The notes beneath the pieces were generated by a model. That model was given only the letters and a program-made list of their open reading frames with translations, had not been told where the DNA came from and made no database searches. 64,000 bases of DNA from an uncultured Fidelibacterota bacterium (GTDB lineage: Bacteria > Fidelibacterota > Marinisomatia > Marinisomatales > UBA1611). The position numbers were made by a program, and so were the translations under genes. Location of the stretch: NCBI GenBank assembly GCA_902602795.1, contig CACKSF010000001.1, positions 5,601-69,600 of the forward strand, given 5' to 3'. Of the stretch, positions 9,127-17,291 are shown in pieces; position 1 is the stretch's first letter, and every line of letters starts with the position of its first letter.

Positions 9127-12100
9127 TCAAAAAGTTGTTGTAAATCGTAAAAGCGCGACTCTTCCAATGGATGGACCACCAATGATTTCTGTGTGTCTGT
9201 AATTCAATAAATTTGAAACGGTAAAATTTGCTTTTACAATATCATTAATTTTATATCCCAAGTGTAAATCAAGAACAGAATATGGTTGGATATTTCCAAA
9301 ATAAATTCCAGAGGACCATTTAAAACCGTCTACAAATCTTCCGTTAAGCGATGCGGTTAGTGGATATCTTCTAGGGTTGTATTGTACTTTCATTCCAGCT
9401 TTATGTCTCGGAGCATTAATTGGATCTACTGAGTTCGTAATCGGATTTAAAAATTCAGTCATGCCTAGGTAGGAATATGTTAAGTCCAGAGACCATTCCA
9501 AATTGATTAATCCTGTAAGGCTTGCATCAAATCCCCACATATTCACATTACCATAGTTTATATATCCCACAACTACAGGGGGAGTATAGCCAGGAAAAGT
9601 ATCCATAGCAGTAACACCTTCCAAACCATTTCTCCAATGGTTAAAAGATTCATCATAGTCATCGGAATCAATAATATTGTTGTTTACGATATTTTCAATT
9701 CTATTAATCGTTCCATCGTTATTGTAGTCTGTTTCCAGAACAGATTTTTCGACAACTATTGGTGTAATAAAAGTAACAGGGCTAACAAAGCTACTATAAT
9801 TACTAGTGTAAATATCAAGGGTACCAAATAATCTTTGGTTTAATCTACCTTTGTATCCAATCTCCCAAGATTTAACAATTTCAGGCCCAATTTCCGGTAA
9901 GTCTTTTACCTCCTGTCCATAAAAACCTTCAATTTTTGGATCGGTAGAAGGGTAGAAGAGGATCGAGTTTGCGGTATCAAGTGGTTCATACACCCCTTCT
10001 GTGGGTCTATAATAGTAGGGTGTCCCACTTTCATCACGAGGAAATACATACCCACCATCTGCACCCCTAGCATACACTTTAAATACAGATACTCTTGTTA
10101 CAAAAATATCTAAGAATAATGCTTGGTTTGTAGGTGTATTAAAAGCCGTTGCCCATGTAATTCTAAAATTTTGATTCTCTTTTGGTTTGTATGCAAGACC
10201 TATTTTAGGAGAGACCTGTAAACCATTTGTTTTGTCTAGGTTGAAGTTCCAGTTAAAAGGATTATATCCAGATCCGTAGTTTTGATTATTAAATTCGATA
10301 AAATTTGTTAATCGGTCATGAATATCTAACCGAGTAGCTTGGATAAGCTCGATTTTAGGATTCAGTTTCCAGTTTACTTGATAGTAAACACCGAACTCGT
10401 TCACAGTATATCGATTGTCTTCAGATGCTTCGTCAATACCTTCGTCAATATTTTCATCTACTTTCCCATCATTATCATCATCTAATCCATTCGCATAAAC
10501 AATGAAATTTTGCTCTCCGAGCCAATGCACACCAGGCTCAATAGTCTCTCCAGCGTCATATAGGCCATTGCTGTTGGAATCAACAAAGTCAGGGATACCA
10601 TTATTATTTAAGTCATTGTAGTCATCACTATCATAATCATTATCTAATTTATCTGCAATTGCTCCAAGAACAGAATCATTATAACTTGAATCATTAGGAG
10701 TACCGAATTGGGTTAAATTATCTGTATCCCATCTAGAATATCCCTCTCCATCATCATACCAAGTATTATCATTTTTATCATCAAAAACGTAGGGCGATCC
10801 GGCTTCTCCATTTCCATTGTTATCTCTTCTATCTAAAATATCTTTGTCAGATAAGATTGTCCCCCTTGTATCAGGCATAGTCAGAAAATAGTCTAAGCCC
10901 CAAACAAACCTAAAATCTCCATTTTTCCATTCATTTATATGTTGAAGTTGTGCGCTGAATTTTTTTGATCGATCGTAAATTACACTTCCAGTTGCTAGAT
11001 TCCTTGTAGGCCGATCCATATTACCAGAATAGCTTGAATTAAGATATGTTTGAAGGAAAAAGTTTTTGTATCTTGTCCTCGCTTGGTAGTAGCGATAAAC
11101 CCAGCCATCAGCTAAGTATCTAGCGATACCAGTGATATTTATATTCCTTGCCCATGCGTACCCATGAGATAAACTCATGGTTAAATCAGAATTTGGTTCC
11201 CAATCCATTCGTAGGTCATATCGATAATTGCGAACATTAAAATCTGGGAAATCATTGATTCCATCATTATTTGCATCCTTGTAAATATTCGTAAGATTAC
11301 CATATTGCATCCTAAAATCTTTCTCATCAAATTCATCCACACCAACTTCTCCCACACTGGGTGCACCATTACCATCTAAATCATTATTTTCAAACTGGTC
11401 CCATGTTTCAATGCTTACTCCATCTACGATTATAGTACTATTATTTAAGTTCTCAAAAGTCTCTCCATCCCAGACACCATTTCCTTCTCCATAGTCAGGT
11501 GCTATGTCACCTTCATCATCATAATCTCCATCCCCGTTCACATCCTCAGCTGGAATTCCATCCAGACCATAGTCTAGCAATACAGTTCCAAAAATGTAAC
11601 TTTCACCAACATCTTCATCGTAAACCCCATTTCCATTAAGATCAACAAAGGGTTCTTCTGAGACATTGTAGGCGTTCCCATAATTATCTTTATATAGTCC
11701 CCAATCATTATCATCATCTAATCCATTAGACCCCCAATTGTCATCGAAGATTCCATTGTTATTGGTATCAAATACGATTTTTCCATTAGAATCGTATGTG
11801 TAATCCCCAAAACCAAATTTGTGCCGGTCATCTACAATACTCCAATTAGAATCTGGAGTACTATAATTAGTTGTAACAGAACTTAAGTTGTCTAAATCAC
11901 TTACGACTCCAAATCTATCCAGCCAGGCACTTCCTAATTCATCTACTTCATCTATAAATCCATCTCCATCATTGTCCACTCCGTCGACCCACGCTTCTTC
12001 CTCATCATCAATTCCTATGTCAATTTGTTCATCAACGTACCCATCGCCATCATTATCTATGCCATCCGCATAATAATTTCCAATTTTTTCTTCAGTAACA

Positions 12101-13263
12101 AACCAAAGTACTGTTCCATTATCGAGCGTAAATCTGTGGAAAGGATCTGAAGAGGCTTCTGCAACCATTTCAGCAGTTATGGTTGGAGAGCCATCCTCAC
12201 CTCCAGATGCAGAAATTAAATCTCCCCAATAATTTCCAATCCAAGACTCATCCGAACCTGGAACTTCACTCATCATATCTTGACTAAAAATGGGATTATT
12301 ATCATTTTCAAGTGCCAAACGACCGCCACGGTCGAGCCTATCTTTTTTCAAATTTGGTCTTCCAATCATTGCTGGGTCATGACCCTCATATTCATCTTCG
12401 TTAATATGAGTCCAGTCCTGTCCTGATAAGGCGACCCCAGAGACTTTAAAGCCGATGTCTCCAAATTTATGCGCAGTGCGGAAAGTTAATTTTTTCAATA
12501 AATCTGTATTGCTTTGACTTAGCATCCCTCCCTGAATGTTTATACTAGTGCCTGTATTTCTAAGTGGAGAGGAGGTTACGATATTTAAAACACCACTGTG
12601 GGCATTGGGTCCATAAAGAGCAGAGGAAGGGCCAAGAACAACTTCAATTTGCTCAACGTCTTCAAAAGATACTGGTATAACATTGTATGCTGTTAACCTT
12701 AAGGATGGAACATTTGCCATCCTGCCATCGGTAAGTGTCAATAGTCTAGAACTAAAAGATGAATTAAAACCCCTTGCTGTCATATTGTAGCTATCTATTC
12801 CAGACTGGGTAAAATCAATTCCCTTTGTTCCTTTTAAATAATCACCTAGGTTTGTATTACTTTCTCTTCGAATTTCAGCTTTAGATATTACGGAAATTGC
12901 TGCAGGAGCATCTTCAACTCTTTCTCTTCTTCTAGAAGCAGTTACAACATAAGTTTCCATCTTTATTGCCTCAGGTATCATTTGAATGTCAATCTTAAGA
13001 TTCTCTTGATTTTGAAAGCTAAGTTTTTTCTCGTAGGATTTAAATCCTAAATAAGAAGCAGACAAAATATAGTCGCCCATTGGGATTTGATTTATTGAGT
13101 ACTTTCCATCTGTATTTGTAGCTGCTCCAAGAGGGGTACCTTTGAGTATTACATTTGCACCTATTAGTGGTGATCCGCTAGTAGAATCAGAGACTACTCC
13201 GTTTATGGATACACCAAAAACTATGGAAAAGAATACTTGAAGTATTAAAAAAAGTTTTAGCAT
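9127..13263 (-). CDS. giant TonB-dependent receptor (CarboxypepD_reg domain + plug + barrel) with acidic Ca-binding-loop insertions
   Basis: Signal peptide; GVVSDSTSGSPLIGANVILKGT..DGKYSI; plug (DAPAAISVISKAEI, LTDGRMANVP, IEVVLGPSSALYGPNAHSGVLNIVT). Barrel ends ..ALLRFTTTF. Many DxDxDG / DxNxNG loops lie between barrel segments. Confidence 0.85.
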   Translation of the reverse strand: MLKLFLILQVFFSIVFGVSINGVVSDSTSGSPLIGANVILKGTPLGAATNTDGKYSINQIPMGDYILSASYLGFKSYEKKLSFQNQENLKIDIQMIPEAIKMETYVVTASRRRERVEDAPAAISVISKAEIRRESNTNLGDYLKGTKGIDFTQSGIDSYNMTARGFNSSFSSRLLTLTDGRMANVPSLRLTAYNVIPVSFEDVEQIEVVLGPSSALYGPNAHSGVLNIVTSSPLRNTGTSINIQGGMLSQSNTDLLKKLTFRTAHKFGDIGFKVSGVALSGQDWTHINEDEYEGHDPAMIGRPNLKKDRLDRGGRLALENDNNPIFSQDMMSEVPGSDESWIGNYWGDLISASGGEDGSPTITAEMVAEASSDPFHRFTLDNGTVLWFVTEEKIGNYYADGIDNDGDGYVDEQIDIGIDDEEEAWVDGVDNDGDGFIDEVDELGSAWLDRFGVVSDLDNLSSVTTNYSTPDSNWSIVDDRHKFGFGDYTYDSNGKIVFDTNNNGIFDDNWGSNGLDDDNDWGLYKDNYGNAYNVSEEPFVDLNGNGVYDEDVGESYIFGTVLLDYGLDGIPAEDVNGDGDYDDEGDIAPDYGEGNGVWDGETFENLNNSTIIVDGVSIETWDQFENNDLDGNGAPSVGEVGVDEFDEKDFRMQYGNLTNIYKDANNDGINDFPDFNVRNYRYDLRMDWEPNSDLTMSLSHGYAWARNINITGIARYLADGWVYRYYQARTRYKNFFLQTYLNSSYSGNMDRPTRNLATGSVIYDRSKKFSAQLQHINEWKNGDFRFVWGLDYFLTMPDTRGTILSDKDILDRRDNNGNGEAGSPYVFDDKNDNTWYDDGEGYSRWDTDNLTQFGTPNDSSYNDSVLGAIADKLDNDYDSDDYNDLNNNGIPDFVDSNSNGLYDAGETIEPGVHWLGEQNFIVYANGLDDDNDGKVDENIDEGIDEASEDNRYTVNEFGVYYQVNWKLNPKIELIQATRLDIHDRLTNFIEFNNQNYGSGYNPFNWNFNLDKTNGLQVSPKIGLAYKPKENQNFRITWATAFNTPTNQALFLDIFVTRVSVFKVYARGADGGYVFPRDESGTPYYYRPTEGVYEPLDTANSILFYPSTDPKIEGFYGQEVKDLPEIGPEIVKSWEIGYKGRLNQRLFGTLDIYTSNYSSFVSPVTFITPIVVEKSVLETDYNNDGTINRIENIVNNNIIDSDDYDESFNHWRNGLEGVTAMDTFPGYTPPVVVGYINYGNVNMWGFDASLTGLINLEWSLDLTYSYLGMTEFLNPITNSVDPINAPRHKAGMKVQYNPRRYPLTASLNGRFVDGFKWSSGIYFGNIQPYSVLDLHLGYKINDIVKANFTVSNLLNYRHTEIIGGPSIGRVALLRFTTTF

Positions 13264-13274
13264 GTCTTGTCTAA

Positions 13275-13320
13275 TTACAAATTAAATAGCCTCAAAATTT
13301 TGAGGCTATTTAATTTGTAA
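13275..13320. promoter_or_regulatory. perfect 46-bp palindrome between the T9SS-cargo gene and the TonB-receptor gene
   Basis: TTACAAATTAAATAGCCTCAAAA|TTTTGAGGCTATTTAATTTGTAA; the 23-nt arms are exact reverse complements. Confidence 0.8.
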
Positions 13321-13338
13321 AGTAAGAATGATTTTATA

Positions 13339-15141
13339 TTATTTCAATAATAACATTTTACCTTTGGCGGTACGATTATCAGATCGTACTTCGTAAAAAT
13401 AAACTCCACTGGGAACTTTATTGCCACTCTGATCTTGTCCAATCCAAGAGATGTTATAGGTCCCAGCACTTAATTGACCATTTTGAATAGTGTTGATTTT
13501 TTCACCAAGAAGTGAATAAATAGTTACTTCAACATTAGAGTCACGCTCAGTTGAGAATTTTATTTTTGTTTCTGGGTTAAATGGATTTGGATAGTTGCCC
13601 ATTAATTCAAATGTACTTGCGATTGGAGCGGTTTCATCAAGTTCAACTAATGCTGAATTGACCCAAAAAGTATTAACTCTTTGCGTCGTATTATCAACTA
13701 TGCAACTATTATCAACTTCAAATACCAAACGACCTGTCCCATATTCAGGGTCAAAATCCCATCCAGAATCATCAACGCGACCATCATAAAACCCATCTTC
13801 ATCAATGCATGCTTGCTGAACACCTACTAATGCCATTGTAGGTCCTGCTTCTAAAATTGCATTACATTGTGCTTCGGTTGCACCTGATTGAAGACAAGCT
13901 AGGTAATCAGCATTTAGGCTCGCACCAACCTGACTGCCTATTAGTGCTGAAGTGTCTGCTCCAACATACACACTTGCAACTGAATCAGCAGCAGCATTTA
14001 AAGCATCTTCCAAGCCCATTCCTGCGCCTAATAAAGCTTGAAAAGTTCCAGTAAATCTTTGTCCAGCTTCTAAATAATTATACGTAAGAAAATATCCAGT
14101 AGGAGCTAATCCTTCATCGCCGCTAAAAGGTATACCATCTGCACCGGCAGGATCAAAAAGATAACCGTTGTAAGCCATTACAGTTCCTGAAGGTAAGGTG
14201 TCTCCAGAAATTGGATCAATTTCAAAAGAACTTGGATCTGTTGGGTCAACCGTATTTCCGCCTGCTCCAATAGCAGGAATAGAAAATGATTCACCAGATC
14301 CGGTCCACCCAAGATTATACCAAAGCATGGTGTCGGGATGTAGATATGCTAAGTAACCTTCTGTATTCGTAATTGTAACAGTATCTGCTGGAGATCCAAA
14401 AACACCAAAAAAGTCATTAAGCTGTCCATCATCATTTACACCCAGTCCACTAGCAGTACCATCGTGAGCTTCCCAGAAAATATCTAAATTTGTTGGTACA
14501 GTATGGTCAGCATCGGTGTAGTCAAGAGTTACTCGACCCCAGTTTTCCATATCTGTCCCAACCCCATAATCAACACCATATGTACCACCTGCTAGGTCAG
14601 CAGCACCAAATTGTGCAAAAACATCCGATAAGCTGATACCCCAACCCATGGAATATCTATTAGGATTATCAGGATGAGTAAACCCTGTTCCACCAGTCCA
14701 AGTACCATCTTCAGATACTGCAGGGAAAGTAGCATATGTGCTACAATTTTCTGCTTCTGTAGTGGGATAAGTACTGCCTTCATTTATTGTAAATGTTCCA
14801 TCGTCATTAAGGTCAACATTCATAGCTACTCCATATAAAGCTAATAATTCTGGGCTCACTAATGGGACTTGTACAACAGTAACTGTATCTCCAATTGCGT
14901 AAGTTTTTATGGTTCTAGTATATAAAGGAGCGCCAGTATAAAATGGACTAGTTGATTGAGGCCAAGAAACCGTTATGTCGTACGTGCCATCTGTAGAATC
15001 TTCTGGACTCTCAAATTCTCTGACTACATGTGTATATTCTACAAAAGCTCCAACACATTCCCAATTGGCTTGAATAGTTTGTGAAATTAAAAAAGGTGAG
15101 GAAAAAATAAGGGCAAAAAATATTTTTAACAATTTAGTCAT
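13339..15141 (-). CDS. secreted protein of unknown function with T9SS C-terminal sorting domain
   Basis: Signal peptide and a G/T/D-rich body with no motif I recognise. C-terminus NYPNPFNPETKIKFS...GVYFYEVRSDNRTAKGKMLLLK. Confidence 0.7.
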   Translation of the reverse strand: MTKLLKIFFALIFSSPFLISQTIQANWECVGAFVEYTHVVREFESPEDSTDGTYDITVSWPQSTSPFYTGAPLYTRTIKTYAIGDTVTVVQVPLVSPELLALYGVAMNVDLNDDGTFTINEGSTYPTTEAENCSTYATFPAVSEDGTWTGGTGFTHPDNPNRYSMGWGISLSDVFAQFGAADLAGGTYGVDYGVGTDMENWGRVTLDYTDADHTVPTNLDIFWEAHDGTASGLGVNDDGQLNDFFGVFGSPADTVTITNTEGYLAYLHPDTMLWYNLGWTGSGESFSIPAIGAGGNTVDPTDPSSFEIDPISGDTLPSGTVMAYNGYLFDPAGADGIPFSGDEGLAPTGYFLTYNYLEAGQRFTGTFQALLGAGMGLEDALNAAADSVASVYVGADTSALIGSQVGASLNADYLACLQSGATEAQCNAILEAGPTMALVGVQQACIDEDGFYDGRVDDSGWDFDPEYGTGRLVFEVDNSCIVDNTTQRVNTFWVNSALVELDETAPIASTFELMGNYPNPFNPETKIKFSTERDSNVEVTIYSLLGEKINTIQNGQLSAGTYNISWIGQDQSGNKVPSGVYFYEVRSDNRTAKGKMLLLK

Positions 15142-15445
15142 TAAAAAGCTCCATTTAATTTTGATTATTAATTTGGTTTAATGATTATAAACCCAAGTAG
15201 CTAGAAACTAACTCAAGATATTGTAAATCTCAAAGGATTTTCATTTCTTAGTTTTGTTTGCATTTCGAAAGCTTCTCTTTGCCCATAGTATATATAAGCA
15301 ATATAAAAAAATGATACTTCCAAAAATGAAAACAGACTCTAATATAATTCTTTTAACTAATTCATTCATCTTATTTGATGACCAGTCCGATAACTATTAA
15401 ATTGGTAAGTGATAAATTAAACAAATTTTTAGCATAATAAAAAAA

Positions 15446-16210
15446 ATGAAAATTGCAGTATTAGTAAAACAAGTTCCTGGTTCTGAATCAGCTCTTCCTT
15501 TAAACAATTACCAAAACTGGATAGAGGAGTCTTCTGTTACTTTTGTAATGAATCCTCCTGATAACTATGCTCTTGAGGAGGCGTTGCTTATCAAAGAAAG
15601 ATTAGATGAGGGTGAAGTCGTTATCGTTAGTATGGGTCCTGACCGTGTTCAGAAAGTGATTAGGGAAGGATTAGCAAAAGGTGCAGATAGGGGTATTCAT
15701 ATTAAAGAAAGCCCTGAGATAGTAAAGGATCCTCTCTTGATTGCTAAAAGTTTCACAACTGTTTTAAAAGAAGAAAACTTTGATTTAGTACTATCTGGCC
15801 TTCAATCGGATGATACTGGTATGGGACAAACTGGAGTACTGATAGGAGAAATGCTCGGTGCTTCTACTGCAACTCTTGCTATTGAAACTAGATTAGAAGG
15901 AGACCATATTAAGGTGAAAAGAGAACTAGAGGCGGGATGGTTTCAATGGGTTCAATTACCTCTCCCTGCTTCTATAAGTATTCAGTCAGGGTTAAATACA
16001 CCTCGATATCCTTCTTTGAAAGGAATCATGGGCGCCAAGAAAAAAGTAATTAAATGTATTTCCTCAGACTTAGCATCAAAACAAGCTCAGACTATTGATA
16101 AAATTTTTATTCCTCAAACGTCCAAACAAACAGAAGTAATAGAGGCAGATGTGGACGTTGCGGTTAGTCGAATTGTAGAAATTTTAAAATCTGAGATAAA
16201 GGTATTTTAA
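15446..16210 (+). CDS. etfB: electron transfer flavoprotein beta subunit
   Basis: MKIAVLVKQVP.., ..DLVLSGLQSDDTGMGQTG.., typical EtfB; followed by etfA. Confidence 0.9.
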   Translation: MKIAVLVKQVPGSESALPLNNYQNWIEESSVTFVMNPPDNYALEEALLIKERLDEGEVVIVSMGPDRVQKVIREGLAKGADRGIHIKESPEIVKDPLLIAKSFTTVLKEENFDLVLSGLQSDDTGMGQTGVLIGEMLGASTATLAIETRLEGDHIKVKRELEAGWFQWVQLPLPASISIQSGLNTPRYPSLKGIMGAKKKVIKCISSDLASKQAQTIDKIFIPQTSKQTEVIEADVDVAVSRIVEILKSEIKVF

Positions 16211-16214
16211 GTCC

Positions 16215-17159
16215 ATGGATATTTTAGTTGTTTTAGAAGATAGTCAGGGTTCTTTACATCGTTTGAGTAAAGAAGCTATAGTGGGTGCTCAAGAATTAGG
16301 TGGTAAAGTGGTCGCACTTGCAATTGGCAAGCATTGTGAACAAATTGCGAGTGAATGTTTATCTTTTGATCTTGAAAATGTCATTACGGTAAATCATGAA
16401 TTAGTTTCCACCTACAATGCGGATGGATACTCAAATATTGTTAAAACAATTATAGAAGCAAATTCTCCAAAAATAATAGTTACGGGGCATACTTACCAAA
16501 CTAGAGATTTTATGCCTCGCGTTAGTGCTGCCTTAGATATCCCTTTTATACCAGATATTATATCCTTTTCCGAGGGTAGCTTTGTGAAACAGGTTTTAAA
16601 TGCCAAGCTAAATGCAACTGCATCTTTTAGTACAGATCAAGTTATTCTGAGTTTCCAATCTGCTGCATTTACTGAAGAAAATATTACGCCAGGTTCTTGC
16701 TCTGCCAAGGCCTTTGATGTTAACCTGGACTCAAGTATTGTCCGTTCTAAAACAGAAGATCCTTTTCAGGAGGATGCCGGAGATGTTGATTTAGAAAGTG
16801 CTGAATTACTTGTTTCTGTTGGGAGAGGAATAGAAAAAGAAGAAAATATTCCAATGGCCTTTGAGCTTGCTAAGGTCTTAGGTGCTGAAGTGTCTGCGAG
16901 TAGGCCTGTTGTGGATTCTGGATGGATAGATTCTTTTCGTCAAGTGGGAAGTTCAGGAAGTAATGTTGCACCAAAGTTGTATTTTTCGCTCGGTATTTCT
17001 GGTGCTATTCAACACGTTGTAGGAATGAAAGGTGCCAAAGCTATTCTTGCGATCAATAAAGATAAAGATGCTCCAATATTTGAAATTGCTGATTATGCGG
17101 TTGTTGGAAATGTTCTCGAGATAGTCCCTAAGCTCACTGAAGCGCTAAAAAATCAATAG
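16215..17159 (+). CDS. etfA: electron transfer flavoprotein alpha subunit
   Basis: C-terminal FAD-binding region SRPVVDSGW....QVGSSG..V.PKLYFSLGISGAIQHVVGM. Confidence 0.9.
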   Translation: MDILVVLEDSQGSLHRLSKEAIVGAQELGGKVVALAIGKHCEQIASECLSFDLENVITVNHELVSTYNADGYSNIVKTIIEANSPKIIVTGHTYQTRDFMPRVSAALDIPFIPDIISFSEGSFVKQVLNAKLNATASFSTDQVILSFQSAAFTEENITPGSCSAKAFDVNLDSSIVRSKTEDPFQEDAGDVDLESAELLVSVGRGIEKEENIPMAFELAKVLGAEVSASRPVVDSGWIDSFRQVGSSGSNVAPKLYFSLGISGAIQHVVGMKGAKAILAINKDKDAPIFEIADYAVVGNVLEIVPKLTEALKNQ

Positions 17160-17291
17160 TACTTTTTTCTTCAACACACTACTTTAAAACGTAAATTAAA
17201 ATAAATATTACATGATATTCTTGACTTTTTCAAATACTTACGTTTACGTTATATATATAACTAAAACGTTAATAAAAATATAAGTAAAAAT

